In this document: piece by piece, positions 21,787 through 30,437 of the stretch | How the letters are laid out: each line of letters opens with the position of its first letter | How positions within the stretch are numbered: position 1 is the stretch's first letter | Origin: Bryobacterales bacterium | GTDB taxonomy: Bacteria > Acidobacteriota > Terriglobia > Bryobacterales > UBA6623 | NCBI GenBank assembly: GCA_965116065.1 | Contig: OZ220485.1 | Location: 3,760,347-3,824,346, forward strand | Direction of reading: 5' to 3' | DNA: 64,000 nucleotides | Position numbers and translations under genes: made by a program | The notes under the pieces: generated by a model | Databases searched by the model: none | Told to the model about the DNA's origin: nothing | The model's input: only the letters and a program-made list of their open reading frames with translations

Positions 21787-23589
21787 CTACCCCCGGTCCG
21801 ACCGATCGACTGGCAGATCAAGTGTGAATACGCTGCCCTTCCCGACTTCGCTCTCGAAATACAGTCTGCCACGCATCCGACGGGCCAGATCCCGGGCGAG
21901 CTTCAGACCCAGTCCGGATCCCTGAACCTTGGCCGCGCTGGCTGCAGCCCCTCGATAATACGGATCGAACACGTGGCCGGCCTCGTCCTTTGGTATACCC
22001 GTTCCCCGGTCGTGAACACGGACCCGAACACGCGGAACTCGCCGGCTGTCGTCCAGGCACGTCTCGATCCGTATCCAGCAGCCCGGCTTGCCGTACTTGA
22101 CCGCATTGCTCACCAGGTTCGCCAGAATCTGCTGCACGGCACGCTTGTCCGCCCTGACTGGCGGAAGGTCATCGTCCGAATCCTGCTCGACGGTGAAGCC
22201 GGACTGCGCGATGATCGGCTGCGTCCGTTGCAGCACGTCAGCCACCACCTCGCGCACATCAAGCGGCCCGGTCTCAAGCGGGCGCCTGCCCGCATCAAGG
22301 GCTGCGAGCTCGAGCGTCTGCTCTACCAGGTCGCTCAACCTCCGTCCCTGGTCCCGGATGAGTTCGCCGTACGTCCGTACCTTGCTGTCGGATGTCAGGA
22401 CGCCATCCGCGATATTCTCCCCAGCCGAACGGATCACCGCCAGCGGCGTGCGCAACTCGTGCGTGACCCCGGCGATGAACCGGACCTGCATCTCGGCCAG
22501 TCCCTTCGCTTTGCGGGCTGTCGCGACGACCGCTGCAGCGGCACAGGCGAGCACCAACAACACACCGAGACCGGCGGAGAGGTTCCGCAGCCGCAGTCGG
22601 AGCAATTCTGCGGAGAGATATCCCGACACGTGTGCGCCAGCGAGTTCCACGCCGAAGGGCGGCCTGACACCGGCAACCAGGACTCGCGGACGCCCCAGCC
22701 CTTGCACCAGTCGCCGGTTGTCGAGAATGACAAGCGGCTGGAGCGACTGCTCGTTCGAATCGATTCCCGTACGGACCGGCGTCGAGTCCCGGAACTGGGC
22801 ACCAGTCGCTCCCGGAAAGGCTCCTACGCCTAACTGGATTGGCACCCGGTTGTCGACACTGGCCAGCCAATCTCTGTCGATCGATGGCTCCGAGCGATAC
22901 AGGAACCGCGGTCCGGCGCTGGCCAGCACGGCAATTTCGTACTGGCGCTTGTCATCTGGGCCCCCGAATATCCGCGCCTCCAATTCCGGAAAAACGGCGT
23001 CATGAATGTAGGCCCAATCCACGTCAAGGATCATGTAGCCGGTCTGCTGTGCCTGCAGTCCACGCCCGGATTCGAACTCACTGCGGATGAGCATTCCGAG
23101 ACGCGGCAAGCACAGCCAAAGACGCAGTCTCGGGGTCCACCTGGAGCCAAGCCGGTCGAACCGCTCTCGCAGACCAGTCAGCCGGGCATCGATCGCCGCT
23201 TCCCGAAACTGGCCGTCACCCGCCACAAGTTCCCGGAACTCCCACTCACCCGTGCTTCTCTCGGAGACCAGAACCAGTCGACGCAACAGATTCGGATACG
23301 ACGTGGTTCGAGACCACAGAGAGTAGTTCTCCGCATATCGCCCCAGCCCCGGACCGCGATTGCTCCACACTCGCTGCTGGAACATCGTTGTCAGGAGATT
23401 CACCTCGCGCTGCAGGACCTGCTCGAACTCACGCATTGAGTCTGCGAGCCTGTTCTGCATCATCGTTTCCTCGGCATCGCTCAACTCTTGGATCCAATAA
23501 ACCTGAAGACCTGCCAAGGCGAACAGCGTACAGACCCCCAAAGCGATCGCGCCCCAGTACCACCGCTCACGAAACTCTCGGGTATTCAC
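21787..23589 (-). CDS. Sensor histidine kinase with large periplasmic domain
   Basis: 600 aa, GTG start. Two TM segments flank a periplasmic region of about 300 aa. It has the H-box FIAGVTHELRTPL, the N-box LANLVSNAVKY and G-boxes DRGTGIP / GSGLGL. Confidence 0.9.
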   Translation of the reverse strand: MNTREFRERWYWGAIALGVCTLFALAGLQVYWIQELSDAEETMMQNRLADSMREFEQVLQREVNLLTTMFQQRVWSNRGPGLGRYAENYSLWSRTTSYPNLLRRLVLVSERSTGEWEFRELVAGDGQFREAAIDARLTGLRERFDRLGSRWTPRLRLWLCLPRLGMLIRSEFESGRGLQAQQTGYMILDVDWAYIHDAVFPELEARIFGGPDDKRQYEIAVLASAGPRFLYRSEPSIDRDWLASVDNRVPIQLGVGAFPGATGAQFRDSTPVRTGIDSNEQSLQPLVILDNRRLVQGLGRPRVLVAGVRPPFGVELAGAHVSGYLSAELLRLRLRNLSAGLGVLLVLACAAAAVVATARKAKGLAEMQVRFIAGVTHELRTPLAVIRSAGENIADGVLTSDSKVRTYGELIRDQGRRLSDLVEQTLELAALDAGRRPLETGPLDVREVVADVLQRTQPIIAQSGFTVEQDSDDDLPPVRADKRAVQQILANLVSNAVKYGKPGCWIRIETCLDDSRRVPRVRVRVHDRGTGIPKDEAGHVFDPYYRGAAASAAKVQGSGLGLKLARDLARRMRGRLYFESEVGKGSVFTLDLPVDRSDRG

Positions 23590-23831
23590 GGACTTGTTTG
23601 ATTATTAACGATCGTTGCCACTAAGCAAAATCACTCGGCGTTGCCAGCCCGAAGTCCCCTGGCAATTCCACTTCGCAAACCTGTCACCTGCCCATCGGCT
23701 CCGACCGGGGACATGCCACGGAAGACCACCGGGAGACCTGTGTTTGGATTCCCATGCGATGCACTGCATCACGGTGATTGAATCCTAACACGTCTCCGTG
23801 CATATAGAGTCTTCAGCTATATGATGTTCCC

Positions 23832-25240
23832 ATGTACGTGGAAACTGTCCCCAATCGCAACTCCCCACCCGCCATTCTCCTCCGCGAGGGCTGGAGGGAG
23901 GGATCCAAGGTCCGCAAACGCACCCTCGCCAATCTCTCCTCGTGGCCCCAGCCCAAGATCGACGCACTCCGCAAGCTCCTCCGCAACCAGCCTCTCGTCA
24001 GCCCCGATCAGGTCTTCTCCATCGCCAGTTCACTGCCTCACGGTCATGTCGAAGTCCTCCTCGCCGTTCTCGGCCGATTGCGCCTGCCGGCCCTGCTCGA
24101 CCGTCGGCCCTCCCGCCAGCGGGACTGCGTCCTTGCCATGATTGCCCAACATCTGCTCCACCCCACCTCCCCGTTCGCCGACACCCGCCTCTGGCGCTTT
24201 TCCACCCTGCCAGCGAGTTCAGCCTGCTTGACGCCGACGACGACGATCTCCTCGACGCAATGGACTGGCTCCGGCAACGCCAGCAGCGCATCCAGCAGCG
24301 ACTCGCCCGGCGCCACCTCGAGGAAGGGGCCCAGGTGCTCGTTGCCGGGACCGACGGTGTGCTTGCCGACGGTCCCGGCCGTCCGCTTGCATTGCAGGCA
24401 TGCTCCGGCGATTCCGCCGGTCCTGACACCCTGCCAGATGCGGTGGAGACACTGCGTAATCGCTGCGGACTCCGGCACCTGGTCCTGGTCGGTGACCGCG
24501 ACCTGCTGACCGACGCCCGCATCCGGACATTGCGGCGATACCCGGACCTGAGCTGGATTTCGGCCCTGAGCGCCGACGCGATTCGCCAGCTGGTCCATGC
24601 CGGGAGCGTGCGGACATCCCTGTCCGAGCAATGTGATCTGACCGAGATCAGTGCGTCGCAGTATCCCGACGAGCGCCTCGTGGTCGGCCACGATCCAGCC
24701 TTGGACACCCTGGACGGCATGTATGTCATCCGCACCAGTCAAACCGACTTGGCGGCCGAGGATGTCGTGCACGGCTACAGGAATCTCGCGCGGTTCAAGC
24801 GTGCGTTCCGTCGCCGCACGAACGAAAACTCGCCGGTGCGCCCCATCTGGCACCGCTGCGAGCAGCAGATGCGGACCCACCTGTTCCTGTGTCTACTGAG
24901 CGACTACGTCGAATGGCACCTGCGGCAGGCATTGAAGCCGCTGCTCGGCGCGGAAGAAGAGATCGAGGAGTGGTCAGCGCCGGGCACCCCGGTCGCAACG
25001 GCCGAACCGACGGAGCCAAAATCAGCGAAGAAGAACCCCCGGACGACTGCAGACGGCCTGGAACGGCTCGGTCTTGCGACCCTGATGCAAGCGCTGGCGA
25101 CACGGAGCCGTCATCAATGCCGCCTGCAAGGCGATTCCCAGGGACGCACCGTGGAGATGCTGACCGAGCCCACACCGCTGCAAGAGCAGGCGCTGGAACT
25201 CGTCCGATCGTTCGCAGTGGACGAGACCTCGGATCGTTGA
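23832..25240 (+). pseudogene. Decayed IS1634-family (IS4-like DDE) transposase gene, frameshifted and internally deleted
   Basis: The N-terminus MYVETVPNRNSPPAILLREGWREGSKVRKRTLANLSSWP... (frame of ORF 23832..24509) is a recognisable IS1634-type start. From about 24200 the homology continues in another frame (ORF 23942..25240: LLDAMDWLRQRQ..., VLVGDRDLLTDARIRTL, YRNLARFKRAFR, IWHRCEQQMRTHLFLCLLSDYV). The region that should carry the first catalytic Asp and the YSRDHRPD-type block looks scrambled or shortened. Confidence 0.65.
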
Positions 25241-25354
25241 CCAGGCTGAATTCCTGCCAAGGCGTTCTGGCGATTCCTGTCCGGGAACTCCGGACTGGGG
25301 GGCTCTTCGTCCAGGCGTCCGCCCGCCATCTCCCGGCTCATGCCGGATCCGGGA

Positions 25355-25360
25355 TAGAAT
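25355..25360 (+). promoter_or_regulatory. -10-like TAGAAT, 7 nt upstream of the HDAC-family gene ATG
   Basis: GGGATAGAATTCTGGATATG. The hexamer ends at 25360 and the ATG is at 25368. Confidence 0.3.
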
Positions 25361-25367
25361 TCTGGAT

Positions 25368-26309
25368 ATGGCCTCGACTGCGTTGCTGGCCCCTGAAGCT
25401 TCCCGGCTCCACCGAACGCCACCGGGGCATCCCGAACGGACCGAGCGCTTTCAGGCCGTGCAGCGAGTCCTCACGGAGGAGGCGCTTGCGGCGCGCATGC
25501 AGTGTCTGCCGTCAGGAAATGTCGATACGGACACGCTCCGGCTCTGTCACGGTTCGGCGTACATCGACCTGGTCGAACGGGAGATCACCGAGGGAAGGCG
25601 GATGCTGTCAACGGGGGACACCCACGTTGGACGGGGCTCGCTCGCCACCGCACGGGCAGCCACGGGAGCAGTGTGTGCGGCGACCGACGCGGTGACAACC
25701 GGGGAAGTCAGCCAGGCCTTCTGCGTGCTCCGTCCTCCCGGACACCATGCCCGCCCGGATCACGGCATGGGATTCTGCATTTTCAACAACATCGCCGTCG
25801 CAGCCCGGTACGCGATCCGCAGGAACGGTCTCGACCGCGTTCTGATCGCTGACTGGGATGTTCACCACGGCAACGGCACACAGGACATCTTCTACTCGGA
25901 TCCCGATGTCCTCTTCTTCAGCACTCATCAGTCGCCGTGGTACCCGGGCACGGGTGCCGCCAGCGAAACCGGGGCGGGTGCCGGTTCCGGATCGACGATC
26001 AACTGCCCCCTCCCGGCCGGTTCCGGCCGCGCGGAAATCCTGGGAGCCTTCCGGGAGAGACTGCTGCCGGCGGCGGAAGCCTTCCGGCCCGATCTGGTGA
26101 TGATATCGGCCGGGTTCGACTCCCGTGTCGGGGATCCACTCGGTCGCTTCCGTCTGCAGGACGAGGATTTCCGCGAACTGACCCTGCTGTTGCGGGATGT
26201 CGCCGACCAGCACGCGAATGGCCGACTGGTGTCGGTCCTGGAGGGCGGCTACAGCCTCGAAGGCCTGTCCGCTGGCGTTGCCAGCCACGTGGCAGCCCTG
26301 CTCGAATGA
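25368..26309 (+). CDS. Histone deacetylase-family (HDAC/AcuC-like) amidohydrolase
   Basis: 313 aa. GHPERTERF, RPPGHHA, GFCIFNN, DWDVHHGNGTQ, and EGGY near the C-terminus. Confidence 0.85.
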   Translation: MASTALLAPEASRLHRTPPGHPERTERFQAVQRVLTEEALAARMQCLPSGNVDTDTLRLCHGSAYIDLVEREITEGRRMLSTGDTHVGRGSLATARAATGAVCAATDAVTTGEVSQAFCVLRPPGHHARPDHGMGFCIFNNIAVAARYAIRRNGLDRVLIADWDVHHGNGTQDIFYSDPDVLFFSTHQSPWYPGTGAASETGAGAGSGSTINCPLPAGSGRAEILGAFRERLLPAAEAFRPDLVMISAGFDSRVGDPLGRFRLQDEDFRELTLLLRDVADQHANGRLVSVLEGGYSLEGLSAGVASHVAALLE

Positions 26310-26324
26310 CGCTGCGGGTGCCGA

Positions 26325-26711
26325 TCAGTCCACCTGGATCGAAACGATCCTCGATGTCGTGACGGTCGCGTGCTCGGGGTGCTGGAACTCCATGTGCATC
26401 CCCAGGCCGAGATAGGCCCGTCTCAGCATCGAGCCGCCCCAGCTCGACCCTCGTACACAGACCGGGACCGGCATCGGGCAGAACTCGGGATGCCCCGAAA
26501 TCCATGTCTGGCCGTCGCGAATCCGAATCTCGTAGCGGCGGTTGAGGGTCTCGACCAGAACACGACTGCCTTCGTCCAGTGCACCAAGTCGAACTCCGCC
26601 CTCGAATTCCGACTGGACCATCCGCGAGCGAATCGCATCGTCCAGTCCATGCCCGGAGAACAACGGCCCCAGCCGGCCGGTCCTGTTCCGTCCCGCCATC
26701 GCTCCAGGCAC
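26325..26711 (-). CDS. Hypothetical protein
   Basis: 128-aa ORF convergent with the HDAC gene. Third-position GC looks coding-like, and an internal alternative start (MVQSEF, 26621) is possible. I recognise no family. Confidence 0.4.
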   Translation of the reverse strand: MPGAMAGRNRTGRLGPLFSGHGLDDAIRSRMVQSEFEGGVRLGALDEGSRVLVETLNRRYEIRIRDGQTWISGHPEFCPMPVPVCVRGSSWGGSMLRRAYLGLGMHMEFQHPEHATVTTSRIVSIQVD

Positions 26712-26737
26712 CCGATCAGCAGCCCTTTCAGAGCATG

Positions 26738-29700
26738 CTAGCGCACCGCTCCCAACTTCCTGTAGTATTCCGCAACAGCCTCCCGGTAAGCCTCCGGCAC
26801 CGTCTCGCCGACGATGACCCGAACTTCCTCCTTGTCGTCCAATTCAACCTGCCGGCGGAGTTTCACCTCGAGCTGTTCGAGAAGCGCCAGCATGTTCCGG
26901 TATTCCGCCGCGAGCAATTCCGGATTGCCCAGGAACCGTCCGTCACCGGCGTCCTGGGCGAAACGCCGGAGATCCGCGATGTCGCTGGGATCGAATTCCA
27001 GCTGTTGACGCACTTGCCAGGTTAGCTGCGGCACCTCCGCAAGTCCCTGTTCCAAAGCCCGTTCCATCCGCTCGCGGACTGCGGGGTCGTCAGGGCGTGG
27101 AACGCTGCCGGCACCCCAAGGACGATCGACCGGGCCACCCCAACTGCCCCAACCGCCGCGACTGTCACCGTCGGAGGCCCGTGTTCCACGTCCGGTCCCC
27201 GACTGACCCGATGCGCGTCCTCCTGCCTGCTGCCCCGGCCCCTGGGACAGTGGATCCTGCCGTGTCTGGCCGGGCACTTGGCCAGTCTGATCACCGTTTC
27301 CCGGGAGAGCCGCCGGAGAGCCGTCCGCCCGGGCCCCCTCGGAGGGGCGCGCCGCCTGCTCCAGATCCCGTCGCAGCCGTTCCACATCCGAAAGCAGCCG
27401 GGCCAACCCGCGGTCGGAGCCCTGCTGCCCCTGTCGGGCAACCCCCCTGGCGTCCTCGATGCCGTCCCGCAACCGCCGCAACGCCCTGGAAACAGCCTCC
27501 TCGTTGCTGGCCGCGTAGGGAGCCAATCCCCTGCGCACAAGGTCCTCCGCTGCTCGAATCAACATGGACGCTTCGGACTGCTGCAGTTCCATGACGGCAT
27601 TCAGCAAGGTCTTCGATGCTTCGTCGTTGCGCCCTCGCAATGCGCGGGCCTGCCGCTGGAGACCTCTCTCGACTTCGGCGAGAGTGTCGCCCATCTCGCC
27701 CTTCCGATCGGCGAGGTCGACCTCTTCCTCTCTCGACAGGCCAGTCGGCAGAACGCCGGTCTGCCGACCTCCCTGCCTCTTCAGTTCCGCCAAGGCCACT
27801 TCCAGCGATTTCTGCAACTGGCCGGCAGCGGCTTCCTGCTGCTCGACAAGTCGGGACGCCTCGCGGGAGAGACTCTCCAGGGCGGAGGCGCTCTGTTCTT
27901 CCTGTCGCTGCCGGAGAGCTTCAACCGCCCTCTGCAGTTCCTGCGATGCACTCGCCGTGGACGCTCGCGGATCCGGATCGCGATTGCTCCGATCCATCTC
28001 CCGGGCCGCCCGGTCCAACTGCTGGATCGCCTGTTCGAGTTGCTGACGGGTCCCGGCCCCTCCGCCCGATGACCCGCCGGTTCCGCTTGAGGAACCCTGA
28101 CCGGACTGTCCGCCCGCCATCTGCGTCGACTGGCGCTGCTGACGCTGCAGTTGCTCCAGTCGACGCTTGAGGTCCTCGGCCTCGCGTCGCAGCATCTCCT
28201 GACGCCACCGCTGCTCGAAGCTGGCACGATCGCGGTCCTGCGACTGCTCCGCCAGTTGTTCCTGGCGCCGCGCAAGCTCCTCGAGCTTCTTCATCGCCTC
28301 GTCGATCTCCTGTTCCATGCGCTCACCCGAGGCGCCACTGCCGGTCTCGTACTGGTTCTTCTCCAGATCCATTTCGAGTTCGAACATCTCGGCCAGGTCA
28401 CGCGAGGCGCCTCCGCCGCTCCCGCCACCTCGACTCATCGAGATCTGGATATCGGTGAACAGGTTCTCGGCACGGAGCAGGAACTGGAGCGCCTGCTGCT
28501 CGGGCCCCACGGCCTCGTCCAGGCGAAAGCCGGCGAGAGCCTCTGCGGCCGGCTCCATGAACGAGGCGGCCTGTTCCAGGAAATCCGCGAACTGCTTGAA
28601 CTTCGGATCCGTTGTCGTCAGCTGCCGCGCCCGGGTTCTCTGCACCAGGGTCTGCGCTTGCTGCATGAGCGTGCCCTGCAACTCGGACAGCATGCTGGCG
28701 CTCTCGCGCAACTTGCTGTCCTCCCGTCCGTCCTCGGAGTCCCTCTCGCTGATCAGGTTCCAGGTGGCGAGAATGATCTCTTTCTGCCGGCGGGAGATCT
28801 CGTCTTGCTGCTGTCCCTGCTGACCACCCTGCCCGCCCGCCTGCTGGGACTGAGAATACCGCCTCTCATACGGCTGGACGGTGATGAAGTACATGTCACT
28901 ACGGATCTCGCGTTTGGCGTCCCGGGCAACGACGTAGTAGCTGATCAGGTCACCCGGCGACAGACCCGCTTCGGGCGCCGGGGGCGGCAGGCGGTCCGTG
29001 TCCCCGCCGACCGGCAGAATCGTCACGTCAGCCGACGGACCGAGATCCTCGAGGTAGAAGAGATGGTCGCGGGAGACCCTTTGCGCGCCGGTCCGGCCCA
29101 CGAGGGCCACGGCCCGTTCCTCCGCTCCGTTCACCGAGTAACGCAGTTCCACCCCGCGCAGGCCGAAGTCGTCGGCCGCCTCGATGCTGACAGTCACCTC
29201 CTCGACACTGCTGGCTCGCCAGTCACGGCCAGGCTTGCGGATCTTCACGGTCGGCTTCTCGTCCGGAACGGCGGTGATGAAGAAATTCTCGGTCAGGCGC
29301 ACGCGCTCGCCCTGGTACCTGGCGGCGATGTGGTACGTCGAATCCTCGCTGACTTCGATCTCGGCCTGACCGCCTTGCAGTGGCAAGGCCCTGTCCCCCA
29401 CCACGAGCAGTCCGTTGGTCAGGTCCTTGTCGGTCGTCAGGATGATCGAGACACGGGTGCCGGGAACCGCAGCGATATCACCACCGGGATCCTGGACCAG
29501 TGGCTCCATCCCGCTCCACGCCGGGTAGTCGTACTCCAGACGGATGTTCTCCACGGTGGGCATCTCAACGACATCCACTTCGAATTCGCGACTCTGGAGC
29601 CTTCCGGCCGTCACGAAATAGCGCAGCGGCTCGCGCACCATCGAGAAGGAGAACGCATAGCCATTGCCCTGCAACTGGGGGCCCATCGGGGCCCGCTCCC

Positions 29701-30433
29701 AGTCAACGCTGCTTTCGAACTTGGCGTGGATCTCCACGCTGCCGGGCTCGAATCCCGTCACCCCCGCAGTCACATCCAGACGGCCGCCCTGACGGATGGT
29801 GGTGTTACCGGGTTCCACCAGCAATTCGTACAACGGCTCGTCCTGGGCAACGAACCAGCCCGCCCAGAGCTTCGCCGTCCCGTACTGCCAGTAGCCCGGG
29901 CCCAACGTACCCAGCCAGATCAGGGAGCCGATGCCGACGGCGGCCGTGGCGGCGAAGCCCACGGCCAGCCACCGGTTCACGACGGCGTCGATCGGGACGG
30001 CGGCGACGGCCTGCTCCGTCTCACGGGCCAACAGCCCAAGGAGCGGGCTGGGCGCCCGCCCGCTCTCCTCCGCCCGGGCCCGTTCGTCGGCCCACGTGCG
30101 AAGCCGCCCATCGAATTCGGGCGACCGGCGTTCGGCTTCGTCCGCAGCGCGCTGGAGGCGAGGGCCGATCAGGAGTTTCCGCAGCGGCACGACCACGAGG
30201 ACTCCGATTGCGAACACCAGCATCGCAGCGAGGAAGAGGCGGGCCCCGACGATGCTGGCGTCCGAGAAAGCTGCCCGGTTCGCCAGATACACGCACACCG
30301 CCGTCGCACCCAATGCCGTCAACGCCACGGCACCGGCACCGCGGGTGGCAACCGTCGCCCGCAGTCGACTGGCGATGGTTCCCAGATAACTGTCGAGGCC
30401 GGGGCTGGCTTCGTTCGAGTCTTCGAATAGCAT
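26738..30433 (-). CDS. Large membrane-anchored coiled-coil protein, DUF4175-like (terminal gene of Bat-like cluster)
   Basis: 1231 aa. It has N-terminal TM segments, a beta-rich middle, and long E/R/Q-rich coiled-coil with Gly/Ser/Gln low-complexity tracts (QQAGGQGGQQGQQQ, GGQSGQGSSSGTGGSSGGG). It starts 5 nt after the BatA-type gene's stop. Confidence 0.7.
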   Translation of the reverse strand: MLFEDSNEASPGLDSYLGTIASRLRATVATRGAGAVALTALGATAVCVYLANRAAFSDASIVGARLFLAAMLVFAIGVLVVVPLRKLLIGPRLQRAADEAERRSPEFDGRLRTWADERARAEESGRAPSPLLGLLARETEQAVAAVPIDAVVNRWLAVGFAATAAVGIGSLIWLGTLGPGYWQYGTAKLWAGWFVAQDEPLYELLVEPGNTTIRQGGRLDVTAGVTGFEPGSVEIHAKFESSVDWERAPMGPQLQGNGYAFSFSMVREPLRYFVTAGRLQSREFEVDVVEMPTVENIRLEYDYPAWSGMEPLVQDPGGDIAAVPGTRVSIILTTDKDLTNGLLVVGDRALPLQGGQAEIEVSEDSTYHIAARYQGERVRLTENFFITAVPDEKPTVKIRKPGRDWRASSVEEVTVSIEAADDFGLRGVELRYSVNGAEERAVALVGRTGAQRVSRDHLFYLEDLGPSADVTILPVGGDTDRLPPPAPEAGLSPGDLISYYVVARDAKREIRSDMYFITVQPYERRYSQSQQAGGQGGQQGQQQDEISRRQKEIILATWNLISERDSEDGREDSKLRESASMLSELQGTLMQQAQTLVQRTRARQLTTTDPKFKQFADFLEQAASFMEPAAEALAGFRLDEAVGPEQQALQFLLRAENLFTDIQISMSRGGGSGGGASRDLAEMFELEMDLEKNQYETGSGASGERMEQEIDEAMKKLEELARRQEQLAEQSQDRDRASFEQRWRQEMLRREAEDLKRRLEQLQRQQRQSTQMAGGQSGQGSSSGTGGSSGGGAGTRQQLEQAIQQLDRAAREMDRSNRDPDPRASTASASQELQRAVEALRQRQEEQSASALESLSREASRLVEQQEAAAGQLQKSLEVALAELKRQGGRQTGVLPTGLSREEEVDLADRKGEMGDTLAEVERGLQRQARALRGRNDEASKTLLNAVMELQQSEASMLIRAAEDLVRRGLAPYAASNEEAVSRALRRLRDGIEDARGVARQGQQGSDRGLARLLSDVERLRRDLEQAARPSEGARADGSPAALPGNGDQTGQVPGQTRQDPLSQGPGQQAGGRASGQSGTGRGTRASDGDSRGGWGSWGGPVDRPWGAGSVPRPDDPAVRERMERALEQGLAEVPQLTWQVRQQLEFDPSDIADLRRFAQDAGDGRFLGNPELLAAEYRNMLALLEQLEVKLRRQVELDDKEEVRVIVGETVPEAYREAVAEYYRKLGAVR

Positions 30434-30437
30434 TGGC

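Noticed and set aside
23064-23079. A tRNA T-arm-like sequence (minus strand GAGTTCGAATCCGGGC).
   Set aside because: It lies inside the well-supported histidine kinase CDS, and no acceptor, D or anticodon arms can be built around it.
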